A DNA stretch of 64,000 nt from Mobula birostris (Eukaryota), in the NCBI RefSeq assembly GCF_030028105.1, contig NC_092397.1, positions 26,484,630-26,548,629 on the forward strand, in the 5' to 3' direction. The stretch's first letter is position 1. Each line of letters opens with the position of its first letter. Both the position numbers and the translations under genes were made by a program. The notes under the pieces are model-generated. The model did no database searches. It was given only the letters and a program-made list of their open reading frames with translations, and was not told where the DNA came from. Below are positions 11,150 to 24,164 of the stretch, piece by piece.

Positions 11150-13360
11150 ATGGAGAATTTTACCAGGATTAAATGGCATGTCTAATGAAGAGAGTTTCAC
11201 GGCCCTGGGTCTCTATTCACTGGAACATCGAAGAAAGAAGAGTTACTGAATTGAAACCTATCAAATAGTGAAAGGGCTTGAGTGAGTGGATGTGGAGAGG
11301 ATTTTTCCTGTGGTGGGAGTGTCTAAAACTGCACCACACAGCTTCAAAATAGAGGGTGTCCTTTTAGAATGGAGATGAGGAGGAATTTCTTCAGCCAAAG
11401 AGTGGTGGATCTGTGTTTTTTTTTGCCAAAGGGAGCTGTGGAGGCCAAATCACCGGGTATAGGCCGAGATTGATAGATTCTTGATTGGTCAGGGTACAAA
11501 GGGATACAAACGGCGGCAAGAGATTGGGGCTCAGAGGAAAAATTGATCAGTGATGATGAAATGGCAGAGCAGGCTCTCTGAGCCAAATGGCCGAATTCTG
11601 CTCCTATATCTTATGACTAAAACTGTCCCAGAGAGCGTTGATCTCGGCTTTGACTCAACCCAGCACCTGAGACTCCACATTACTTATATAAGGAATACAG
11701 AAGTTCTTTGTTCTTTGATTAAAGAAATATCATCTCATTTCCATCCTGAATGGTTGTCACCTCATTCTGAGCAACAGACACAAAATGCTGGAGGAAGTCA
11801 GCAAGCCAGACAGCACCTATGGAAAAGAGTAACGAGTTGATGCAGTTTGTGTGTGTTGTTTTGAACTTCCAGCATCAGCAGATTCTCTCGTGTTTGTGAT
11901 TTACACCTCATTCTGAGGGTATTTTCCTCAGTTATCGAGTTCTCATTCACGGGAAACATTCTTCTTGCCGACTGCCTGTCACATCCTGAAAGAATCTAAC
12001 AGATTTCCTCGTTTTCTCATTAACTGCAGGGAATACAGACCCAGCCCACTCACTCTCCTCCCACATAACCAAGCTTCCATCCCTGGAACCAGCCCAGTCG
12101 GTGTGGGGAACAGTCACTGTACTTGCTCTATTGCAGGCATATCCTTCCTGAGGAAGTGTGACCAAACCTGGACACGATACTCAAGGTGTGCTCTCACCAG
12201 GGCCCTATATAACCCATTGAGACATCTGTACCCTCTTCTCCAATCCCCCTGGATCACAGGACAAAATACTGTTTGCCTCTCTCATTACTTGCTGTACCTG
12301 CATGTTAACTCAAGTGATTTGTTTACAAGGACGCCCAGGTCCCTCTGAGCATCCCCCTGTGGAAATGACTCTTATAGTTTGTTCCTGGGAATGGGTGATC
12401 TCACATTTCCCCACATTTTATTCCATCTGCCACATCCTCAACCATTCACTCTCCCGTCTACATCCCCCAAACCTTCTCACTACTGACACTGTCCCTCCTG
12501 CTCTGCCACAGCAGCAGACATAGTCACTGAGTTATGCAGCACAGAAACAGGCCCTTCAGCCCAACACATCCATGCTGACCAAGTGGCCAAACAAAACCAT
12601 CGTCAGTTACCTGCATTTGGCCCATGTCCCTGTGAAACTTCCTTCTCCACAGTCCAAGAGATATTTGGGGTAGTTTGTTCCATGTAAACAGCACATTCTG
12701 TGTATAAAACCTGTTCTTCAGGGTCCCATTTAAAACTTCCCTCTTTCACTTTATATCTGTAATCTCTCGCTTCCAACTCTATAACCCTGGAGATAACAGA
12801 TTCACTATTGACCGTATCAATGACTGCCATTATTTTCTCACCTCTCTAACGTCACATACACTCTGGTGAGAAAGGTCCTGGCCTATCCAGCCTCCTGTTA
12901 AATCCCTTTTGCACCCTCTCCAGATTAATGTCACCCTCTGATTCCAGGGCAACTATAACTGTACTCCGTGCTCCAAGAGTAGTTTCCCCGAGGCTGGTAG
13001 AGCTGTAATGTGCCGTCACAGTCCAGTGCCCGATTCTCTGACCGATGAATGCGAGTGTGGCGAACAGCTTCTTCACCGTCCTGCCTACCTGTGTTTACAC
13101 TCTGAAGGAATTCGATATCTGCACCCCGATATCTCTGTTTTACAGCACTCCCAGGGACGGACCATTCCCCACGGCAGTTCTGCCCTGGTTCGTCAATGAC
13201 AATGGAACATCTCACATTTATCTGTCATTCCTCAAATCACTGACATCATTGATCACCATCCTGTTGTAATGTTAGTTACATTGTTTCACACTCCACGATA
13301 TCACCAACTTCAGTGACATCGATAAATTTGCTGAGCCGGACATTGACATTGTCCGCCGAG
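11150..13360. mobile_element. Mosaic of degraded CR1/LINE 3' fragments in both orientations
   Basis: CR1 3' end (+) ~11150-11615; minus-strand LERVQK and YRALVRAHLEY-type remnants 11950-13330. Confidence 0.65.
11772..11903. mobile_element. Non-autonomous Penelope pLTR-tail mini-element (two inverted tail pieces)
   Basis: cacaaaatgctggaggaagtcagc...tgtgtgttg..ccagcatcagcagattctctcgtgtttgtg, flanked by exact cacctcattctgag (11758-11771 and 11904-11917). Confidence 0.8.
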
Positions 13361-13777
13361 TCTTTAGCAACAGCAGACTTGACTCGAATCCCGGTGCCAC
13401 ACTATTGATCACAGGAATTTACTGGCGGTGGGACTTCATCGGATCAGAATACAGTGTGATTGGCGCAGGATTAATTTCAAATTGCCCGCCAATTTCAGAG
13501 CACCCAGCAACGGTGCTTGACTACTTTTAAAATTATTTACCATTAATTGTATCAAGGATTATACAATGTCAGTTTCTTTTAATGAATTTAATATCTAATT
13601 CCAGTCAAGATTTAAATTCATAATTCTGGAATCGTTTCTCTAAACAACTGAACTGATTTTTGTTCGAGACGGATAAGAGGATTAAGATCGATCTTAATGC
13701 GTTCAGAGGTTCTGAAGTAATATCGATAAAAATAATTAAAATGTTGTGGATACGGCTCCGTCTGTGAGGCGGTGGGT

Positions 13778-13793
13778 GGCTCTTAGAAGAGCC
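13778..13793 (-). terminator. Histone mRNA 3' stem-loop (H4)
   Basis: Minus strand aaa-GGCTCTTCTAAGAGCC-accca. Confidence 0.95.
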
Positions 13794-13826
13794 TTTGTTT
13801 TGTGCTCGGGAGGAAGTGGGAGTTTT

Positions 13827-14147
<321 letters not shown>

Positions 14148-14192
14148 TCACTCAGGTCGCTGCTCACTGACAAACTGCCTGCTGCTGTCTCC

Positions 14193-14340
14193 TTTTATAC
14201 ACAGCGCCCCGACCTGCCCGAGAAACGCGCAGAGAGACAGAGGCGGGGAGGGGAGGAGACAGAGTCAGAGTGACGGACAGAGCCGAGACCGGCCTCTCAT
14301 CGTCCAGCTCCGCCTTCACTTTACCACACCCGCCAATTTC
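14193..14340 (-). promoter_or_regulatory. H4 promoter
   Basis: TATAAAA (minus) 14193-14199; GC-rich ggcgggg ~14242; cccgccaatttc 14329-14340. Confidence 0.7.
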
Positions 14341-14684
14341 CAACGATTCATCCGACACAAAGCGCTCCAGCGAAAAACAAAACTCCCTCACACATCACGT
14401 ACATACTGGAGGATTTCTGGGAATTTGCCGATTCTCCTGCTTTAAATTATAGAAAGTGCTTTTCCATTCCGCAAATCCCCAAGCACCTCGGTCTGTCCCT
14501 CCCCGGATCCTTGACCAGTGCGAGCGTCCTCACACACAGCAGTTGGTGGGCGAGGGTGCAGTTACTTCCAGTGATGAGAGGGTTGATTCATTAGAACAAT
14601 TGTTCCTCTGGATCGCCAGGGAAATGAAAGACCGGTCACATACAGGAACAGGATACATAACCAGATATATAGACTGCGCTTCTC

Positions 14685-15243
14685 TAAGGGTCAGAGCCGT
14701 CTCTATTTCCTGAGGAGACTGAGGTCCTTTAACATCTGCCGGACGATGCTGAGGATGTTCTACGAGTCTGTGGTGGCCAGTGCTATCATGTTTGCTGTTG
14801 TGTGCTGGGGCAGCAGGCTGAGGGTAGCAGACACCAACAGAATCAACAAACTCATTCCAGTAATGTTGTGGGGATGGAACTGGACTCTCTCACAGTGGTG
14901 TCTGAAAAGAGGATGCTGTCTAAGTTGCATGCCATCTTGGTCAATGTCTCCCATCCACTACATAATGTACTGGGTGGGCACAGGAGTACATTCAGCCAGA
15001 GACTCATTCCACCGAGATGCAGCACTGAGCGTCATAGGAAGTCATTCCTGCTTGTGGCCATCAAACTTTACAACTCCTCCCTTGGAGGGTCAGACACCAT
15101 GAGCCGATAGGCTGGTCCTGGACTTATTTCATAATTTACATATTACTATTTAAATTATTAATGGTTCTAATACTATTATTTATGGTGCAACTGTAATGAA
15201 AACCAATTTCCCCCGGGATCAATAAAGTATGACTATGACTATG
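14685..15243 (+). mobile_element. Rex1/Babar-type LINE 3' end with (tatgac)n tail
   Basis: RLYFLRRLRSF, MFYESVVASAIMFAVVCWG and RCSTERHRKSF; ends aataaagtatgactatgactat. Confidence 0.8.
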
Positions 15244-15249
15244 GCTTCT

Positions 15250-18082
15250 GGGATCTTCTAAAGCCCAGGTAAAGTGGTGGCTGAGGAGCGGTTGCGAGGT
15301 GGGTGGGTCTTCAGGTACAAGGGTCATTGGGTCTCAAGGGAAACGAGAGATGGGTCCAAGGAGGGTGGGAGCCAATATGTTTCCGGGGAGCCGCCTTCAT
15401 GCTACACGGAAGGGTTTGAACGAGCAGGGATGAGGTCCTGCACAGTGATTTTCGGGAACAAGGTTAACAAAAATCAGGACTTCCAGGATTGTATTACGAT
15501 GCAAAGCATGTGGCTGTGGGGTGGGAAATCGATATTTCATGCAGTTTAATATGTTGCTGAGGAACTGATGTGGGAGGGAGGTCTTCATGGATCAATGGGT
15601 TCTCTTCCAGGCAGGTGGGAGACCAGGACAAACGAGACCATTTGCATCTGAACCAGACGGGAACCAACATTTTCGCCAGGAGGTTTGATGGTGTCACTTG
15701 GCAGAGTTTGAACTAGAGTAGCAAGTGGGAGAATGTATGTATGACAAGACAGTCTGAAAAGAACGAGAGCCAATGTCAGGCTAATAAACATGGTGGGACT
15801 GATCAGCTGAAATGAGCTTATTTCAACATTAGGAGTGTTATGTTGTCAGACGGACAGGGCTGGCAGCTCAACATTCCTGGGTTTGATTGCTTTACATGTG
15901 AGTGGGGGGTTAAAAGATGCAGAGGTTACCCACTGGGAATGTCACAGCAAACTGGAAGGCTCATTTACAGAGGCAATCTGCAGTTACACTAATGGGATTA
16001 TCGTATTGGCCCCCAATAACCACCGGGAGGTGGAGGATCGGATATGTTGATGCTTATGGGGAGGTGCAGAACAACAGGGTTGTCATAGTGAGGGACTTCA
16101 TCTTCCCTAGAATTGACTGGATCTTGCTTAATACTCAGATGCGCAAGATTTGTTCAGCGAATTAGAGGAGTGTTTGGAACATTATGTACAGGGCCCAACC
16201 AGAGTTGAGAACATACAGGAATTAGTTTTGAGAAATGAGCCAGGCCAGCTAACAGCCGAGAGTCAGTGAACATTTTGGGAACAGTGATCACTACTTTTTT
16301 TTTTAAACTTATGAGTAGAATAAAATTAGATCTTGTATGAAAGTACTAATTTGCAGGAGGACAAGTCAGGATGGAGCAAGAGAGGAGCCAAGGGGCATTG
16401 ATCGGGAGCAGCCACTGTCAGACAAGTCCACATCTGACGTGGGAGTTGTTTAAAGACCAGCAACTCTGAGTTCAGGATCAGCATGTTCGGTGAGGAGTGA
16501 GGAGGGGGAAGGGAACTTTGGATGAGCACAGAGATCCTAAATTTAGACAGAAGGATATGTAAGGTTTGTGAAGCTAAAGTCAGACTGGGTACCTTTGGAA
16601 TATAACGATAGCAGGGAAATGCTAAAGCAGATGATAGGAAAGGCCAAATCGGGGCCACAACCGGTCCTTGTGAAGTGGGACTAAAGATAATCCCAAGGCC
16701 TTGTGACTTGTATTAATAAAACGAGGATAACCAGAGAATGGAAAGGTCGACTCAAGATTAAAGGAGGAATGATGTGGTTGAAGTCAGACCAAGTGGCTGA
16801 GGTACTAAATGGGTACGTTGTGTTAGTATTTATGAGAAGGAATTGAATGGCAATGAAAACAGAGTGAGACATGCTAATGTGCAGAGACATGTTGAGATTA
16901 AGGAGGAGGTTGTGCTGGGACGTCTGAAAATCAATAAGATGGATAACACTCCAGGCCTGAAGGCGTATATCCTACAATAGTAAAGGAAGCAGGCGAGCAG
17001 ATTGCTGGGGATTTGACAAGGATCTATGTGTCCTCGATCACAACATGTGAGGTCCCACAGGACTGGAGTGTTGCAAATGTTGCAGTTTTGATTATGAAGG
17101 GAAATAACAAGAATCCAAAAAATCTATAGGCAGGGCAGCCTCATTTCCATGGTAGAGAAGCTACTGGGGAGGATATTGAGGTACAGGATTTATGCACATT
17201 TGGAAAGGCATGGACTGTTAAGGGACAATCAGCATGGTTTTGTGTGGGCAGATCACACATGATAAAATTGATTGAGGTTTTTGAGGAGATAATACAGACT
17301 AAGGTATAGGAGCAGAATTAGACCATTTGGCCCATCAAGTCTGCTCCGACATTTCATTGTGGCTGATCCATTTTTCCTCTCAGCCCCAGTCTCCTGCCTT
17401 TCCCCTGTATCCCTTCATACTCTGACCAATCAAGAATCTATCAACCTCTGCCTTAAATATACATAAAGTCCTGGCTTAACAGCTTCCTTTGGCAATGAAT
17501 TCCACAGATTCACCACTCTCTGGCTAAAGAAATTCCCCATCTCCACATTCTACAAGGACTATTCTGAGGCTGTGTCCTCTGATATTAGACACTCCCATCT
17601 TCTGCACATCCACTTTATCACTGCCTTTGACCATTTGATAGGTTTCAAATGGGCCACCCCTCATTGTTCAAAAATTCCAGAGAAAACAGACCCAGAGCCA
17701 TCAAACTCTCTTCATATGACAAGCTGTTTCATCCAGGAATCAAACTGGAGAACATCCTTTGAAATCCACCCAATTTCAGCTCATCCTTCCTAAGATAAAG
17801 GGCCCAAAACTGCTCACAATACACCAATGAGGCCTCCCCAGGTTTATAAACTCTAATCATTATCATGATTGGTGCAGATATTGTGGGTCAAAGGGCAGGT
17901 TGCCATCTGTCCCATATTGTGTACTGTCGAATATGTTTGATCTAAAAGCAATTGCAGGGACATGGTTACAGAGACTGGGACTGGGAATTCAACCTTCCAC
18001 TGTATTCAATGTTCCACACGGAATCGGCAAAATGGAAAGGAGCAGGATGGATTTGTTCATAACGTGCTGGTGAAGGAGTGGA
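15250..18082. mobile_element. Degraded CR1 (ORF1 esterase-like remnant, endonuclease, RT) plus an inverted CR1 3' piece
   Basis: HLNQTGTNI-like SGNH block ~15640-15675; IVRDFIFPRIDW ~16085; QHGF ~17230; minus-strand 3' end ~17305-17860. Confidence 0.65.
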
Positions 18083-18084
18083 TA

Positions 18085-19680
18085 CAGTGCCTATAAAAAA
18101 TGTTCAATCTCCTCAGAAGTTTTTTATGTTTTATTGTTTTGCGATGGATTTAATTTTGCTTTTTTGACACAGATCAACAGAAAAGACTCCACGGTGTCAA
18201 AGTGAAAACTGATCTCCACAAAGTGATCTAAATTAATTGTAAATATAAAACACAAAATAATTCATTGCATTAGTATTCATCTCCTTCAAATCAGTAATTA
18301 GTTGATGCACCTTTAACAGTATTTACAGTTGAGTCTGTGTAGATAGGTGTCTATCAGCTTTGCACATCTGAACACTGCAATTTTCCCCATCCTTCTTTAC
18401 AAAACTGCTGAAGCTCTGTCAGAATGCATGGGTTGGTGAGTGAACAGATCTTTTCAAGTCCAGCCACAAATTCTCAATTGGATTGAGGTCTGGACTCTCA
18501 CAAAGCCACTCCAGGACATTAACTTTGTTGTTTTAAGGCATTCCTGTGTAGCTTTGGTTTTATGATTGTGGTCATTGTCTTGCTGGAAAATTAATTTTCT
18601 CCTCTAAGTCGCAGTTCTCTTGAAGACTGAATTAGGTCTTCCTCCAGGATTTCCCTGTATTTTGCTGCATTCATTTTACCCTCTACCTTTATGCGCCTTT
18701 CAGGGCCTGCTGCAGTGAAGCATACCCACAGGATGATACAGCCTCCACCATACTTCACGGTAGGGATGGTGTGTTTTTGATGTTATACGGTGTTTAGCTT
18801 ACTCCAAACTTAGTGTTTGTGATGGTCAAAAAGTTCAATTTTGTTTTTGTCAGACCACAGAATCTTCTTCCAACTGACTTCAGAGTCCCCCACAATTCTG
18901 GGAAACTTCAGGCAAGATTCATGAGAGCATTTTTCAACAGTGGCTTTTTCTCTGCCACTCTCCCATAAAGCTGCGACTGGTGAAACACCCGGGCAACAGT
19001 TGATGTATGCACAATCTCTCCCACCACTGAAGCTTGTAACTCCTCCAGAGTTATCATAGGTCTCTTGGTGGCCTCCCCCACTGGCCCCTTCTTGCATGGC
19101 CACTCAGTTTTTGAGTATAGTCTGCTCTTGGCAGATTTACAGCTGTGCCATATTCTTCCCACTTCTGGATGAGTGACTTAACTATACTCGAAGGGCATTC
19201 AGTGACTTGGAAATGTTCTTGTATCCATCTCCTGGCTTGTGTTTGTCAATTACCTGTTTGCAGAGCAGCTCGGAGTTTTGATTTGTCTTCACAGTGTAGT
19301 TTCTCCCAGGATACTGACTCACCAGCAGTTCGACCTTCCACTTACAGGTGTACTATTACTACAATCAATTGAAACACTTTCACTGCACACGGTCATCTCC
19401 ATTTAACTGATTATGTAACTTCGAAAACTAATTGGCTGCACCAGAGATGATTTGGTGTGTCATATTAAAGGGGATGAATACTTAAACAGACAATTATTTT
19501 GTGTTTTAGATTTGTAATTAATTGAGAGCATTTTGTAGAGATTTGTTTTCACTCTGACACAAGAGTCTTTTTCCATTGATTAGTTTCAAAACAGCCAAAT
19601 TCAATCCACTGAGATTCAATGTTGTAAAACTATAAAACATGAAAACTTCCAAGGGGTGTGAATACTTTTCAAAGGCACTT
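18085..19680 (-). mobile_element. Tc1/mariner DNA transposon, full span, long IR/DR-type inverted repeats, defective transposase
   Basis: TA|cagtgcc...ggcactt|TA ends; ~210-bp imperfect terminal inverted repeats with inner agtattcatc direct repeats; transposase remnants REATKRPMITLEELQ-like, WKKILWSDKNKIELF and SPDLNPIENLW (~18465-18500). Confidence 0.92.
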
Positions 19681-21699
19681 TATATGTAGGGAGAATGATG
19701 ATGAACGAGGAAGGGAAAGAAGACATGGGGAGGAGTGGCCTCAAGATCCTGAGGTGTGGTCAAAGGCATTCAAGGAAATATTAAATCAAAGAACATACAA
19801 AGAGGCAAGGGCTGGTGGTAGACAAGAGAATCAGGAATTTTCTAGGAAGCAGTGATGAGATAAAAGCTAAAAGTAACAAGGAATGCGCAGAGATGTTAAC
19901 TCAATAATTTGCATTAGTGTTCACAGTGGGGCACAGCAAACATCCCACAGATATCTAACAGTGACATTTCAACATTGTGCCATAATGTGTAATGATCGCC
20001 ATCACAAGGGAGAAACTAATGGGACTAAAAGCAAACATTACTTGGTCCCAACGACCTGCACTGGAGGCTTTCACAGGAAGTCTGAAGAGAAAGTAGAGAC
20101 ATTGAAGTCTGTCAAAACTCACTGTTACAGAAAGGTTCCAGTGGAGTTGAAAACCATTGTTGAAGAAGGGTGGGAGATAAAAAGCAGACAACTGTAGTCT
20201 TGTTAACTTCACTCCGGGTACTGGAATCAATAATCTATGAAGAAATAACAAGTCGTTTGGAAAAGTTTAATGTCATTGAACTAACTCAACAGGGTCTACA
20301 GTCAGATTGACACAGATTCCAAAACAACCAAAGTTCCCAACTGAGCTTGTGTCTGTAACCCACTCAACACCACATTATGAACAAGGTTATCCTCCTCCTT
20401 GTCCCATTTCTTTGCATTTGGCCCAGATACTTCAAAATCTTTCCTTCCCATCTACTTGTCCAAGTACCTTTTTAATGTACCTGACTCAACCACTCCCCAG
20501 AGCAGCTCATTCCATTTACTGACCAGCCTCCATATCCCTCATGATTTTATACACCTCTGCAATATCAGCACTCATTCTCCAACATTCCAGGGAAAATTGT
20601 CCAAAACACCTTTCCACAAATCCTTTGAGATCCAGTAACATCCCCGCAAGTCTCCTCTGCACTCTTTCCAGCTTAATCATGTCTGTCATACAGCAGGGTC
20701 ACTAAAATTAAACACTATTTGCGAAATGTAGCCAAACCAACATGTTGTACAACTGCAACATCTCATCACAGCTTCTATATTTGGTGCCCTGACTGAAGGC
20801 CAGTGTTCCAAAAGCCTCTTCCCCACCCTGTCCATCTGGAACCTGTTTTGGACCCTGTAACCTGGGTTGTTGAATGTTAAGTCATGTTTGACAAACTTAC
20901 CAGAGATTTGAGGCTTTACGGGGGAAGTTGGGGAAGTGGTGTTTTTGGATTTTTAGGAGCCATTTGACAAGGTGCCACATGGCAGGCTGGTGCACAAGAC
21001 CAGAGCTCAGTACTGGGAAGGAAGTGTGTTAATACTGACTGAAGACAGTTATCATACTGAGACAGAATAATGGGTCTGTTTCAGACTGGGATGATACAAG
21101 TACTGCAGTAACGCAGCGACCAGTTCTGGATCATCTGAGGCTTGGATGGGGCATTATTTGTGTTCAGGAAGGTTTCCTGAAACAATATGTGGTCCACCAG
21201 GGAGGGGAACATTCTTGACTTCACCTTGGGAAATATGGGACTCAGCAGAGTGGTGGCAGGAACAACCAGTGTTCAAGGAGGAATTAGACAAGTCGTTCAG
21301 GGGAAATGACCTGCAGAGCTGTGGGGACAGAGTGGGGAATGGGACTGTGGAAAAGTTGTAGCAGGAGTTGGTATTAACTTGATGAGTCAAATAGTCTCGA
21401 CAATCACAGAATGATTCTCTGCCCAATAATAGTCTGAAAAAATCATTCTGGTCGCCAGTGAATCTTCCAAGCTCCAGGATGGACAAGATCAATTGTGTAA
21501 TAAGGACACACTTCTGTCGAAACACTGACACTGTATACCAAGCACACTGAGCTGCCAGAGCACAGCACCGGCCAGTGAGGACACAGACCAGTACAACACC
21601 CGGCTCTCTACTACAAAGTTCAAAGCTGAAAGTAAATGTATTATCAAAATACATTTCTGTCACCATATACAACCCTGAGGTTAGTTTTCTTGTGAGCAT

Positions 21700-24160
21700 A
21701 CTGCTGGTTTGTTAGAGCGGTTGGGGAGGGTTAAACTAATTTGGCAGGGGCGTGGGAACAGGCGTGAAAGGACTCAGGATAGGACAGATGGTAAAAAAAC
21801 AAAGATCGCATGCAGTCACACTGTCAGGAAGGGCAGGCAGATGATAGGACATAACTGCAGCCAGCAGGGTGAGTATCAGTGCGTGAGGGATGCAGAATGA
21901 AGAAGGGTAGCAAATGCTGTACTCAAACTGTTATATCTCAGTTCACAGAGTTTCATAAATAAGATGCATAATCTTATTGCCCTATTATGGATGGTCATGT
22001 ATAATGTTGTGACCATCACTGAATCACGGCTGAAGAATGTTTGTAGTTGGGAGCTAAGTGCCCAAGGTTACACGTATCAGAGCAACAGGAAGGTAGGCAA
22101 TGGGGATGGCGTGGCTCTGCTGGTGAAGAATGGTAACAAATCAGTAGAAAGATGTGACAAAGGATTGGAAGATGTTGAATCCTTGTGAGCTGAGTTTAAA
22201 AACTGCAAGTGTAAAAAGGACGTTGATGGCAGTTGTATACAGGCCTCCGAACAGTTTCTGGGATGTGGACCACAGGTTACAACAGGAAATAGAAAAGGCA
22301 GGTCAAAAGGGCAATGTTGTGGGAGATTTCATCGGAGTCATGAGAGATTTTAACATGCAGGTTGATTGGGAAAATCAGGTTGGAAATAGATCTCAAGAGA
22401 GTGAGTTTGCTGAATGCTGAACAGATGGCTTTTTGGAGCAGTTTGTCATTGAGCTACTAGCAGATCACCTATACTGGATTATGTGTTATTGAATAAACTG
22501 GAGGTGATCTGGGAGCTGAAGGTAAAAGAACCCTTAGGAGGCAGTGGTCTCAGTATCACTGAGTTCAACTTGAAATTGGACAGGGAGAAAGTACAGTCTG
22601 ACAAAGCAGTGTTTCAGTGGAGTAAAGGTATTACAGTGGTGTGAGAGAGGAGTTGGCTAAAGTAAATTGGAAGGAGATGCTGGCAGGGATGGCAGCAGAG
22701 CAGCAATGGTGTGAGTTTCTGGGGAAAATGAGGAAGGTGTAGGATAGATGTATTCCAGAAACAAACAAATACTCAAATGGCAAAATAGTACAACCGTGGC
22801 TGACAAGGAAGTCAATGCTAATGTAAAACCAAAAGGGAGGACATACAACAAGCAAAAATTATTCAGAATACAGAGGATTGTGAAGCTTTAACAGCTGACA
22901 GAGAGCAACCTAAAGAGGGAAGAGATGAAACATGCAAGCAAGCTGGCAAACATGATCAAAATGGATAGTTTTAGCTTTTTCAAGTACGTAAAAATAAAAG
23001 AGAGATGAGACTGGGTAAAGGACTGCTAGAAAATAAGGCCAGAGGAATAATAACGGTGGGGGTTGGGGGGGATACAAGGAAATGGCAGATGAACTAAATG
23101 AGTATTTTGTATCAGTGGAAGATACTAGCAGTGTGCCAGATGCTGAAGGGTGTGAGGGAAGAGAAGAGCAGTTATTATTACAAGGGAAAAGGTGCTCAAA
23201 AAGCTGAAAGACCTGAGGGTTCATAAGTCACCCGGACCAGATGAACTGTACCCTAGGGTTCTGAAAGAGGTAACGCTCCTGACTGACCGTGTGAAGGAAA
23301 TGGAGCTGGAGATGGACAGACCCAGAGTTTCCAGGATGCTGAGACCAGAGATTCAGTGGGTTGGTCAAACCTGAGGTCAGGCTGCAAATAGTTTGGTCGC
23401 GACCACGACTGGAAAGGGGAAGAGACAGACAGTGCAATGTCTCCCTGTGGCTGTGACCCTCAGAAACAAGTAGACTCCTTTGGATACCCCTGGGAGGATG
23501 ACGAACCAGAGCACAGCAGCCCGTCAGGTCGGTGGTACTGACACCCCAGTCCGATGCTCCGCGGGAGGAACGGTCAAGCAGAGCAGTGATGACAGCAGAC
23601 TCACAGTACAGGGGATGTGCAGGAGATTCTGTGGCTGCAAGAGAGATAACACGGTGGTGTGTCCCCTCCTGGGTACCAGGGTCAGGCACGTCTCAGATGT
23701 GCAGAATTTCCTGAAGATAAATTTGCTGGTTGGGTCGGTGGTAAGGAAGAGCCAAATGCCATGTTAGCATTCATTTAGAGAGGAGTACAATGCAGAAGCA
23801 AGGATGTAATGCTAAAGATTGATAAGGCATTGGTCTGCTCACACTTGGAGTATTGTCGACTGTTTTGGGCCCCTTATCTAAAAAAGTACGTGCTCGCATG
23901 GGAGAGGGTCCAGAGGAGGTTCACAAGAATGATCCTGGCAATAAAAGGGTTAATGCACAAGGATTGTTTGATGGCTCTGGGCCTGTACTCAACGGACTTC
24001 AGAAGAATGAGGGAATCTTGTTGAAACCAATCAAATATCGAAAGGCCTGGGATGGAGTGGGCAGTCTAGGACCACAGGGCACAGCGTCAGAATACTAGGA
24101 CACCCTGTTAGAACAAAGATGAGGAGTAATTTCCTCAGTAAAGGTAGTGAATCTGTGAAG
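21700..24160 (+). mobile_element. Degraded CR1 LINE (ORF1 end, endonuclease, RT), with an ORF1 piece at ~23275-23710
   Basis: YNVVTITESRL, VYRPPNS, KSPGPDELYPRVLKE, HLEYC..W..ERVQRRFTRM. Confidence 0.8.
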
Positions 24161-24164
24161 CCTA

